NCBI GenBank assembly: GCA_000004985.1
Contig: GG738891.1
Source of the DNA: Naegleria gruberi
Taxonomy: Eukaryota
Length of the DNA: 64,000 nt
Direction: 5' to 3' (one strand)
Each line of letters opens with the position of its first letter. Within the stretch, counting starts at the first letter, position 1. Positions 1-10,645 of the stretch are shown here, piece by piece. The notes beneath the pieces were generated by a model. That model was not told the origin of the DNA and did not search any database. It saw only the letters and a list, made by a program, of their open reading frames with translations. The translations under genes and the position numbers were made by a program.

Positions 1-269
1 ACCCAAACCCAAACCCAAACCCAAACCCAAACCCAAACCCAAACCCAAACCCAACCCCAAACCCAAACCCAAACCCAAAACCCAAACCCAAACCCAAACC
101 CAAACCCAAACCCAAACCCAAACCCAAACCCAAACCCAAACCCAAACCCAAACCCAAACCCAAACCCAAACCCAAACCCAAACCCAAACCCAAACCCAAA
201 CCCAAACCCAAACCCAAACCCAAACCCAAACCCAAACCCAAACCCAAACCCAAACCCAAACCCCAAACC
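1..269. repeat. Telomeric repeat array at the scaffold start, C-strand (CCCAAA)n = G-strand TTTGGG
   Basis: Near-perfect CCCAAA hexamer tandem repeats begin at base 1, with sporadic CCCCAA and CCCAAAA variants near 51-60 and 74-80. The C-rich strand running 5'->3' on + at the left end is the expected orientation for a left chromosome terminus. The array ends in degenerate ...ccccaaacct before unique DNA. Confidence 0.9.
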
Positions 270-270
270 T

Positions 271-609
271 ATTTTTTTCTCCATTAGTATCAAACATGTT
301 TTGTATTATTAAAGGACAATTAGGTATTAATATTAAAAAAGAAAATAATTCTTGTTTAAGTTTACTAGCACAGTGATCATCATTTAAAATTTGTTTCCCA
401 AGAGCATTAATAGATTTAAATAATTTAAATTTATCTTCTTCCGTTTTACGTTTATTCCATTTATATTTGTTTAATATATCTCTTGGAATATTTGGTGTTG
501 ATGATGATGATGATGTTGATGTTGATGATGATGATGATGTTGATGATGATGATGATGTAGATGATGATGATGATGTTGATGATGATGTTGATGTTAATGA
601 TGGTGCCAT
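271..609 (-). CDS. ORF fragment: Ser/Thr-rich N-terminus followed by about 70 non-repetitive codons, reading without a stop into the telomere tract
   Basis: ATG at 609-607 sits in an A-rich context (aaaaaaaATGgca). My hand translation gives MAPSLTS(S/T)n...[53 protein letters not shown]... It continues in frame as FG FG through the TTTGGG repeats, with no stop before base 1. It is absent from the ORF track, presumably because it has no stop inside the window. Confidence 0.3.
497..600. repeat. Trinucleotide microsatellite (GAT)n with GTT interruptions
   Basis: The run gatgatgatgatgttgat... gives poly-Asp/Val on the + strand (track ORF 467..673) and poly-Ser/Thr (TCA/ACA) on the - strand. Confidence 0.85.
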
Positions 610-734
610 TTTTTTTATCAGCTCTCGCATTGTATTATCTGACGACATTTTTTCTTTCAATAAAAATGCGTAATAATAGTATTTGTATTTGTAATATTAA
701 ACAAAGCATAAATATTCATAAACTAATCTTACTA

Positions 735-784
735 NNNNNNNNNNNNNNNNNNNNNNNNNNNNNNNNNNNNNNNNNNNNNNNNNN
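735..784. other. Assembly gap (50 N)
   Basis: A run of n separates unique subtelomeric DNA from a second telomere-repeat block. Confidence 0.95.
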
Positions 785-1130
785 CCCAAACCCAAACCCA
801 AACCCAAACCCAAACCCAAACCCAAACCCAAACCCAAACCCAAACCCAAACCCAAACCCAAACCCAAACCCAAACCCAAACCCAAACCCAAACCCAAACC
901 CAAACCCAAACCCAAACCCAAACCCAAACCCAAACCCAAACCCAAACCCAAACCCAAACCCAAACCCAAACCCAAACCCAAACCCAAACCCAAACCCAAA
1001 CCCAAACCCAAACCCAAACCCAAACCCAAACCCAAACCCAAACCCAAACCCAAACCCAAACCCAAACCCAAACCCAAACCCAAACCCAAACCCAAACCCA
1101 AACCCAAACCCAAACCCAAACCCAAACCCA
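785..1130. repeat. Second (internal) telomere-repeat block (CCCAAA)n, same orientation as the terminal block
   Basis: Perfect CCCAAA repeats. At 1131-1170 they end in a different degenerate junction: cagaactaaaaatagaattcttctaaacccaaccttcaaaccctaacccaaaa, with CTAAACCC/TAACCC variants. Confidence 0.9.
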
Positions 1131-1634
1131 GAACTAAAAATAGAATTCTTCTAAACCCAACCTTCAAACCCTAACCCAAAATTATAAACTTATTCAAATA
1201 TCATTAAATTTTATATCATTCGATAGCTAATGATGAGTAGAACAATGTGGTATATTTAGTTTTTCAATTTATAAAATATTAACTTTTTAAATAGAGTCAG
1301 ATTAAAATTTCATAAATGAAACCATAGGAAGAATAATAATTTCGAAATCCTTTAATGAGATTATATAGTTTATATCATCATTAACAACATTTATAATCAC
1401 TTTCATATCAAATTTCAAAAGTTCATGTCTGTAGGTATAAAAGTATAGAGTGAAAAGGGTAGTTGTGAGGTACAATAGGTCAACTATAACTTTTGAGTTT
1501 CTCATCAAAACATATTAAATCCTGATATGAAAATGTTCCATTTGGAGTTGATACAAATAAACGGTGAGACGGGCAACGGGATGAACGGGATTCAGGCCGT
1601 TTCTTATTCTAAACGGGAGATTCTCTCCGCTTAA

Positions 1635-4600
1635 NNNNNNNNNNNNNNNNNNNNNNNNNNNNNNNNNNNNNNNNNNNNNNNNNNNNNNNNNNNNNNNNNN
1701 NNNNNNNNNNNNNNNNNNNNNNNNNNNNNNNNNNNNNNNNNNNNNNNNNNNNNNNNNNNNNNNNNNNNNNNNNNNNNNNNNNNNNNNNNNNNNNNNNNNN
1801 NNNNNNNNNNNNNNNNNNNNNNNNNNNNNNNNNNNNNNNNNNNNNNNNNNNNNNNNNNNNNNNNNNNNNNNNNNNNNNNNNNNNNNNNNNNNNNNNNNNN
1901 NNNNNNNNNNNNNNNNNNNNNNNNNNNNNNNNNNNNNNNNNNNNNNNNNNNNNNNNNNNNNNNNNNNNNNNNNNNNNNNNNNNNNNNNNNNNNNNNNNNN
2001 NNNNNNNNNNNNNNNNNNNNNNNNNNNNNNNNNNNNNNNNNNNNNNNNNNNNNNNNNNNNNNNNNNNNNNNNNNNNNNNNNNNNNNNNNNNNNNNNNNNN
2101 NNNNNNNNNNNNNNNNNNNNNNNNNNNNNNNNNNNNNNNNNNNNNNNNNNNNNNNNNNNNNNNNNNNNNNNNNNNNNNNNNNNNNNNNNNNNNNNNNNNN
2201 NNNNNNNNNNNNNNNNNNNNNNNNNNNNNNNNNNNNNNNNNNNNNNNNNNNNNNNNNNNNNNNNNNNNNNNNNNNNNNNNNNNNNNNNNNNNNNNNNNNN
2301 NNNNNNNNNNNNNNNNNNNNNNNNNNNNNNNNNNNNNNNNNNNNNNNNNNNNNNNNNNNNNNNNNNNNNNNNNNNNNNNNNNNNNNNNNNNNNNNNNNNN
2401 NNNNNNNNNNNNNNNNNNNNNNNNNNNNNNNNNNNNNNNNNNNNNNNNNNNNNNNNNNNNNNNNNNNNNNNNNNNNNNNNNNNNNNNNNNNNNNNNNNNN
2501 NNNNNNNNNNNNNNNNNNNNNNNNNNNNNNNNNNNNNNNNNNNNNNNNNNNNNNNNNNNNNNNNNNNNNNNNNNNNNNNNNNNNNNNNNNNNNNNNNNNN
2601 NNNNNNNNNNNNNNNNNNNNNNNNNNNNNNNNNNNNNNNNNNNNNNNNNNNNNNNNNNNNNNNNNNNNNNNNNNNNNNNNNNNNNNNNNNNNNNNNNNNN
2701 NNNNNNNNNNNNNNNNNNNNNNNNNNNNNNNNNNNNNNNNNNNNNNNNNNNNNNNNNNNNNNNNNNNNNNNNNNNNNNNNNNNNNNNNNNNNNNNNNNNN
2801 NNNNNNNNNNNNNNNNNNNNNNNNNNNNNNNNNNNNNNNNNNNNNNNNNNNNNNNNNNNNNNNNNNNNNNNNNNNNNNNNNNNNNNNNNNNNNNNNNNNN
2901 NNNNNNNNNNNNNNNNNNNNNNNNNNNNNNNNNNNNNNNNNNNNNNNNNNNNNNNNNNNNNNNNNNNNNNNNNNNNNNNNNNNNNNNNNNNNNNNNNNNN
3001 NNNNNNNNNNNNNNNNNNNNNNNNNNNNNNNNNNNNNNNNNNNNNNNNNNNNNNNNNNNNNNNNNNNNNNNNNNNNNNNNNNNNNNNNNNNNNNNNNNNN
3101 NNNNNNNNNNNNNNNNNNNNNNNNNNNNNNNNNNNNNNNNNNNNNNNNNNNNNNNNNNNNNNNNNNNNNNNNNNNNNNNNNNNNNNNNNNNNNNNNNNNN
3201 NNNNNNNNNNNNNNNNNNNNNNNNNNNNNNNNNNNNNNNNNNNNNNNNNNNNNNNNNNNNNNNNNNNNNNNNNNNNNNNNNNNNNNNNNNNNNNNNNNNN
3301 NNNNNNNNNNNNNNNNNNNNNNNNNNNNNNNNNNNNNNNNNNNNNNNNNNNNNNNNNNNNNNNNNNNNNNNNNNNNNNNNNNNNNNNNNNNNNNNNNNNN
3401 NNNNNNNNNNNNNNNNNNNNNNNNNNNNNNNNNNNNNNNNNNNNNNNNNNNNNNNNNNNNNNNNNNNNNNNNNNNNNNNNNNNNNNNNNNNNNNNNNNNN
3501 NNNNNNNNNNNNNNNNNNNNNNNNNNNNNNNNNNNNNNNNNNNNNNNNNNNNNNNNNNNNNNNNNNNNNNNNNNNNNNNNNNNNNNNNNNNNNNNNNNNN
3601 NNNNNNNNNNNNNNNNNNNNNNNNNNNNNNNNNNNNNNNNNNNNNNNNNNNNNNNNNNNNNNNNNNNNNNNNNNNNNNNNNNNNNNNNNNNNNNNNNNNN
3701 NNNNNNNNNNNNNNNNNNNNNNNNNNNNNNNNNNNNNNNNNNNNNNNNNNNNNNNNNNNNNNNNNNNNNNNNNNNNNNNNNNNNNNNNNNNNNNNNNNNN
3801 NNNNNNNNNNNNNNNNNNNNNNNNNNNNNNNNNNNNNNNNNNNNNNNNNNNNNNNNNNNNNNNNNNNNNNNNNNNNNNNNNNNNNNNNNNNNNNNNNNNN
3901 NNNNNNNNNNNNNNNNNNNNNNNNNNNNNNNNNNNNNNNNNNNNNNNNNNNNNNNNNNNNNNNNNNNNNNNNNNNNNNNNNNNNNNNNNNNNNNNNNNNN
4001 NNNNNNNNNNNNNNNNNNNNNNNNNNNNNNNNNNNNNNNNNNNNNNNNNNNNNNNNNNNNNNNNNNNNNNNNNNNNNNNNNNNNNNNNNNNNNNNNNNNN
4101 NNNNNNNNNNNNNNNNNNNNNNNNNNNNNNNNNNNNNNNNNNNNNNNNNNNNNNNNNNNNNNNNNNNNNNNNNNNNNNNNNNNNNNNNNNNNNNNNNNNN
4201 NNNNNNNNNNNNNNNNNNNNNNNNNNNNNNNNNNNNNNNNNNNNNNNNNNNNNNNNNNNNNNNNNNNNNNNNNNNNNNNNNNNNNNNNNNNNNNNNNNNN
4301 NNNNNNNNNNNNNNNNNNNNNNNNNNNNNNNNNNNNNNNNNNNNNNNNNNNNNNNNNNNNNNNNNNNNNNNNNNNNNNNNNNNNNNNNNNNNNNNNNNNN
4401 NNNNNNNNNNNNNNNNNNNNNNNNNNNNNNNNNNNNNNNNNNNNNNNNNNNNNNNNNNNNNNNNNNNNNNNNNNNNNNNNNNNNNNNNNNNNNNNNNNNN
4501 NNNNNNNNNNNNNNNNNNNNNNNNNNNNNNNNNNNNNNNNNNNNNNNNNNNNNNNNNNNNNNNNNNNNNNNNNNNNNNNNNNNNNNNNNNNNNNNNNNNN

Positions 4601-7600
4601 NNNNNNNNNNNNNNNNNNNNNNNNNNNNNNNNNNNNNNNNNNNNNNNNNNNNNNNNNNNNNNNNNNNNNNNNNNNNNNNNNNNNNNNNNNNNNNNNNNNN
4701 NNNNNNNNNNNNNNNNNNNNNNNNNNNNNNNNNNNNNNNNNNNNNNNNNNNNNNNNNNNNNNNNNNNNNNNNNNNNNNNNNNNNNNNNNNNNNNNNNNNN
4801 NNNNNNNNNNNNNNNNNNNNNNNNNNNNNNNNNNNNNNNNNNNNNNNNNNNNNNNNNNNNNNNNNNNNNNNNNNNNNNNNNNNNNNNNNNNNNNNNNNNN
4901 NNNNNNNNNNNNNNNNNNNNNNNNNNNNNNNNNNNNNNNNNNNNNNNNNNNNNNNNNNNNNNNNNNNNNNNNNNNNNNNNNNNNNNNNNNNNNNNNNNNN
5001 NNNNNNNNNNNNNNNNNNNNNNNNNNNNNNNNNNNNNNNNNNNNNNNNNNNNNNNNNNNNNNNNNNNNNNNNNNNNNNNNNNNNNNNNNNNNNNNNNNNN
5101 NNNNNNNNNNNNNNNNNNNNNNNNNNNNNNNNNNNNNNNNNNNNNNNNNNNNNNNNNNNNNNNNNNNNNNNNNNNNNNNNNNNNNNNNNNNNNNNNNNNN
5201 NNNNNNNNNNNNNNNNNNNNNNNNNNNNNNNNNNNNNNNNNNNNNNNNNNNNNNNNNNNNNNNNNNNNNNNNNNNNNNNNNNNNNNNNNNNNNNNNNNNN
5301 NNNNNNNNNNNNNNNNNNNNNNNNNNNNNNNNNNNNNNNNNNNNNNNNNNNNNNNNNNNNNNNNNNNNNNNNNNNNNNNNNNNNNNNNNNNNNNNNNNNN
5401 NNNNNNNNNNNNNNNNNNNNNNNNNNNNNNNNNNNNNNNNNNNNNNNNNNNNNNNNNNNNNNNNNNNNNNNNNNNNNNNNNNNNNNNNNNNNNNNNNNNN
5501 NNNNNNNNNNNNNNNNNNNNNNNNNNNNNNNNNNNNNNNNNNNNNNNNNNNNNNNNNNNNNNNNNNNNNNNNNNNNNNNNNNNNNNNNNNNNNNNNNNNN
5601 NNNNNNNNNNNNNNNNNNNNNNNNNNNNNNNNNNNNNNNNNNNNNNNNNNNNNNNNNNNNNNNNNNNNNNNNNNNNNNNNNNNNNNNNNNNNNNNNNNNN
5701 NNNNNNNNNNNNNNNNNNNNNNNNNNNNNNNNNNNNNNNNNNNNNNNNNNNNNNNNNNNNNNNNNNNNNNNNNNNNNNNNNNNNNNNNNNNNNNNNNNNN
5801 NNNNNNNNNNNNNNNNNNNNNNNNNNNNNNNNNNNNNNNNNNNNNNNNNNNNNNNNNNNNNNNNNNNNNNNNNNNNNNNNNNNNNNNNNNNNNNNNNNNN
5901 NNNNNNNNNNNNNNNNNNNNNNNNNNNNNNNNNNNNNNNNNNNNNNNNNNNNNNNNNNNNNNNNNNNNNNNNNNNNNNNNNNNNNNNNNNNNNNNNNNNN
6001 NNNNNNNNNNNNNNNNNNNNNNNNNNNNNNNNNNNNNNNNNNNNNNNNNNNNNNNNNNNNNNNNNNNNNNNNNNNNNNNNNNNNNNNNNNNNNNNNNNNN
6101 NNNNNNNNNNNNNNNNNNNNNNNNNNNNNNNNNNNNNNNNNNNNNNNNNNNNNNNNNNNNNNNNNNNNNNNNNNNNNNNNNNNNNNNNNNNNNNNNNNNN
6201 NNNNNNNNNNNNNNNNNNNNNNNNNNNNNNNNNNNNNNNNNNNNNNNNNNNNNNNNNNNNNNNNNNNNNNNNNNNNNNNNNNNNNNNNNNNNNNNNNNNN
6301 NNNNNNNNNNNNNNNNNNNNNNNNNNNNNNNNNNNNNNNNNNNNNNNNNNNNNNNNNNNNNNNNNNNNNNNNNNNNNNNNNNNNNNNNNNNNNNNNNNNN
6401 NNNNNNNNNNNNNNNNNNNNNNNNNNNNNNNNNNNNNNNNNNNNNNNNNNNNNNNNNNNNNNNNNNNNNNNNNNNNNNNNNNNNNNNNNNNNNNNNNNNN
6501 NNNNNNNNNNNNNNNNNNNNNNNNNNNNNNNNNNNNNNNNNNNNNNNNNNNNNNNNNNNNNNNNNNNNNNNNNNNNNNNNNNNNNNNNNNNNNNNNNNNN
6601 NNNNNNNNNNNNNNNNNNNNNNNNNNNNNNNNNNNNNNNNNNNNNNNNNNNNNNNNNNNNNNNNNNNNNNNNNNNNNNNNNNNNNNNNNNNNNNNNNNNN
6701 NNNNNNNNNNNNNNNNNNNNNNNNNNNNNNNNNNNNNNNNNNNNNNNNNNNNNNNNNNNNNNNNNNNNNNNNNNNNNNNNNNNNNNNNNNNNNNNNNNNN
6801 NNNNNNNNNNNNNNNNNNNNNNNNNNNNNNNNNNNNNNNNNNNNNNNNNNNNNNNNNNNNNNNNNNNNNNNNNNNNNNNNNNNNNNNNNNNNNNNNNNNN
6901 NNNNNNNNNNNNNNNNNNNNNNNNNNNNNNNNNNNNNNNNNNNNNNNNNNNNNNNNNNNNNNNNNNNNNNNNNNNNNNNNNNNNNNNNNNNNNNNNNNNN
7001 NNNNNNNNNNNNNNNNNNNNNNNNNNNNNNNNNNNNNNNNNNNNNNNNNNNNNNNNNNNNNNNNNNNNNNNNNNNNNNNNNNNNNNNNNNNNNNNNNNNN
7101 NNNNNNNNNNNNNNNNNNNNNNNNNNNNNNNNNNNNNNNNNNNNNNNNNNNNNNNNNNNNNNNNNNNNNNNNNNNNNNNNNNNNNNNNNNNNNNNNNNNN
7201 NNNNNNNNNNNNNNNNNNNNNNNNNNNNNNNNNNNNNNNNNNNNNNNNNNNNNNNNNNNNNNNNNNNNNNNNNNNNNNNNNNNNNNNNNNNNNNNNNNNN
7301 NNNNNNNNNNNNNNNNNNNNNNNNNNNNNNNNNNNNNNNNNNNNNNNNNNNNNNNNNNNNNNNNNNNNNNNNNNNNNNNNNNNNNNNNNNNNNNNNNNNN
7401 NNNNNNNNNNNNNNNNNNNNNNNNNNNNNNNNNNNNNNNNNNNNNNNNNNNNNNNNNNNNNNNNNNNNNNNNNNNNNNNNNNNNNNNNNNNNNNNNNNNN
7501 NNNNNNNNNNNNNNNNNNNNNNNNNNNNNNNNNNNNNNNNNNNNNNNNNNNNNNNNNNNNNNNNNNNNNNNNNNNNNNNNNNNNNNNNNNNNNNNNNNNN

Positions 7601-9763
7601 NNNNNNNNNNNNNNNNNNNNNNNNNNNNNNNNNNNNNNNNNNNNNNNNNNNNNNNNNNNNNNNNNNNNNNNNNNNNNNNNNNNNNNNNNNNNNNNNNNNN
7701 NNNNNNNNNNNNNNNNNNNNNNNNNNNNNNNNNNNNNNNNNNNNNNNNNNNNNNNNNNNNNNNNNNNNNNNNNNNNNNNNNNNNNNNNNNNNNNNNNNNN
7801 NNNNNNNNNNNNNNNNNNNNNNNNNNNNNNNNNNNNNNNNNNNNNNNNNNNNNNNNNNNNNNNNNNNNNNNNNNNNNNNNNNNNNNNNNNNNNNNNNNNN
7901 NNNNNNNNNNNNNNNNNNNNNNNNNNNNNNNNNNNNNNNNNNNNNNNNNNNNNNNNNNNNNNNNNNNNNNNNNNNNNNNNNNNNNNNNNNNNNNNNNNNN
8001 NNNNNNNNNNNNNNNNNNNNNNNNNNNNNNNNNNNNNNNNNNNNNNNNNNNNNNNNNNNNNNNNNNNNNNNNNNNNNNNNNNNNNNNNNNNNNNNNNNNN
8101 NNNNNNNNNNNNNNNNNNNNNNNNNNNNNNNNNNNNNNNNNNNNNNNNNNNNNNNNNNNNNNNNNNNNNNNNNNNNNNNNNNNNNNNNNNNNNNNNNNNN
8201 NNNNNNNNNNNNNNNNNNNNNNNNNNNNNNNNNNNNNNNNNNNNNNNNNNNNNNNNNNNNNNNNNNNNNNNNNNNNNNNNNNNNNNNNNNNNNNNNNNNN
8301 NNNNNNNNNNNNNNNNNNNNNNNNNNNNNNNNNNNNNNNNNNNNNNNNNNNNNNNNNNNNNNNNNNNNNNNNNNNNNNNNNNNNNNNNNNNNNNNNNNNN
8401 NNNNNNNNNNNNNNNNNNNNNNNNNNNNNNNNNNNNNNNNNNNNNNNNNNNNNNNNNNNNNNNNNNNNNNNNNNNNNNNNNNNNNNNNNNNNNNNNNNNN
8501 NNNNNNNNNNNNNNNNNNNNNNNNNNNNNNNNNNNNNNNNNNNNNNNNNNNNNNNNNNNNNNNNNNNNNNNNNNNNNNNNNNNNNNNNNNNNNNNNNNNN
8601 NNNNNNNNNNNNNNNNNNNNNNNNNNNNNNNNNNNNNNNNNNNNNNNNNNNNNNNNNNNNNNNNNNNNNNNNNNNNNNNNNNNNNNNNNNNNNNNNNNNN
8701 NNNNNNNNNNNNNNNNNNNNNNNNNNNNNNNNNNNNNNNNNNNNNNNNNNNNNNNNNNNNNNNNNNNNNNNNNNNNNNNNNNNNNNNNNNNNNNNNNNNN
8801 NNNNNNNNNNNNNNNNNNNNNNNNNNNNNNNNNNNNNNNNNNNNNNNNNNNNNNNNNNNNNNNNNNNNNNNNNNNNNNNNNNNNNNNNNNNNNNNNNNNN
8901 NNNNNNNNNNNNNNNNNNNNNNNNNNNNNNNNNNNNNNNNNNNNNNNNNNNNNNNNNNNNNNNNNNNNNNNNNNNNNNNNNNNNNNNNNNNNNNNNNNNN
9001 NNNNNNNNNNNNNNNNNNNNNNNNNNNNNNNNNNNNNNNNNNNNNNNNNNNNNNNNNNNNNNNNNNNNNNNNNNNNNNNNNNNNNNNNNNNNNNNNNNNN
9101 NNNNNNNNNNNNNNNNNNNNNNNNNNNNNNNNNNNNNNNNNNNNNNNNNNNNNNNNNNNNNNNNNNNNNNNNNNNNNNNNNNNNNNNNNNNNNNNNNNNN
9201 NNNNNNNNNNNNNNNNNNNNNNNNNNNNNNNNNNNNNNNNNNNNNNNNNNNNNNNNNNNNNNNNNNNNNNNNNNNNNNNNNNNNNNNNNNNNNNNNNNNN
9301 NNNNNNNNNNNNNNNNNNNNNNNNNNNNNNNNNNNNNNNNNNNNNNNNNNNNNNNNNNNNNNNNNNNNNNNNNNNNNNNNNNNNNNNNNNNNNNNNNNNN
9401 NNNNNNNNNNNNNNNNNNNNNNNNNNNNNNNNNNNNNNNNNNNNNNNNNNNNNNNNNNNNNNNNNNNNNNNNNNNNNNNNNNNNNNNNNNNNNNNNNNNN
9501 NNNNNNNNNNNNNNNNNNNNNNNNNNNNNNNNNNNNNNNNNNNNNNNNNNNNNNNNNNNNNNNNNNNNNNNNNNNNNNNNNNNNNNNNNNNNNNNNNNNN
9601 NNNNNNNNNNNNNNNNNNNNNNNNNNNNNNNNNNNNNNNNNNNNNNNNNNNNNNNNNNNNNNNNNNNNNNNNNNNNNNNNNNNNNNNNNNNNNNNNNNNN
9701 NNNNNNNNNNNNNNNNNNNNNNNNNNNNNNNNNNNNNNNNNNNNNNNNNNNNNNNNNNNNNNN
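1635..9763. other. Assembly gap (8129 N)
   Basis: N run. It is flanked on the left by a short GC-rich island (1561-1634, AACGGG repeated) and on the right by telomere repeats. Confidence 0.95.
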
Positions 9764-10183
9764 AACCCAAACCCAAACCCAAACCCAAACCCAAACCCAA
9801 ACCCAAACCCAAACCCAAACCCAAACCCAAACCCAAACCCAAACCCAAACCCAAACCCAAACCCAAACCCAAACCCAAACCCAAACCCAAACCCAAACCC
9901 AAACCCAAACCCAAACCCAAACCCAAACCCAAACCCAAACCCAAACCCAAACCCAAACCCAAACCCAAACCCAAACCCAAACCCAAACCCAAACCCAAAC
10001 CCAAACCCAAACCCAAACCCAAACCCAAACCCAAACCCAAACCCAAACCCAAACCCAAACCCAAACCCAAACCCAAACCCAAACCCAAACCCAAACCCAA
10101 ACCCAAACCCAAACCCAAACCCAAACCCAAACCCAAACCCAAACCCAAACCCAACCAACACCAACCCCAAACCCAAACCCAAA
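9764..10183. repeat. Third telomere-repeat block (CCCAAA)n, same orientation
   Basis: Perfect CCCAAA repeats end in a third, distinct degenerate junction (cccaaccaacaccaaccccaaacccaaacccaaag) followed by unique DNA. Confidence 0.9.
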
Positions 10184-10262
10184 GATTATAAGAAATATAA
10201 TCAATGATACGAATCTTCACTAAGTAATCTCTTAAATAACCCAAATAAATCAACTCTGAATC

Positions 10263-10645
10263 CTAACCAAACCCTTCTAATTTTGATACAAAAAAATTGC
10301 TTTTAGGAGCAATTGGAGAACAATATTTTTCTATTGTTAGAGGAGTTTGTATTATAGTATTATCATTTAATAATTGTAAATGTTGTTTTTTAATTGTTAT
10401 TAAATTATTTTGATATTTATGTATAAAATTAGTAAACAAATTATAACTTTCATTCCATTTAATATCTTCCAAAATACAATCATCTTCATTAATTTCTTTT
10501 ACCTTTCCTTGTCCACATTTTACCATAATGTTATTATTAAATATAATACTTTCAACACTAAAAAAAAAATCATAATATTGTTTAGTTTTTACTTTAATTA
10601 TATCCAAATTAGCTTTGTAATTACTATAAATAAAATCTTCTTTTA
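10263..10645 (-). CDS. 3' (C-terminal) part of a protein-coding gene of unknown function; the 5' part lies in the 13.9-kb gap
   Basis: Track ORF 10263..10607 extends in frame, without a stop, up to the gap edge at 10645. The track's M at 10607 is a TTG, so it is not a real start. The C-terminal sequence is ...KEDFIYSNYKANLDIIKVKTKQYYDFFFSVESIIFNNNIMVKCGQGKVKEINEDDCILEDIKWNESYNLF...SKLEGFG*. I find no recognisable domain. The stop lies about 80 bp from telomere block 3. Confidence 0.45.

Noticed and set aside
467-673. Poly-Asp/Val ORF (68 aa) on the + strand
   Set aside because: It is a translation of the (GAT)n microsatellite, with stops in the flanks. The antisense Ser/Thr-rich ORF with a proper ATG context is the more plausible reading, though itself uncertain.
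1-10190. CRISPR-like regular repeats
   Set aside because: The arrays are perfect 6-nt telomeric repeats with no spacers. They are not CRISPR.
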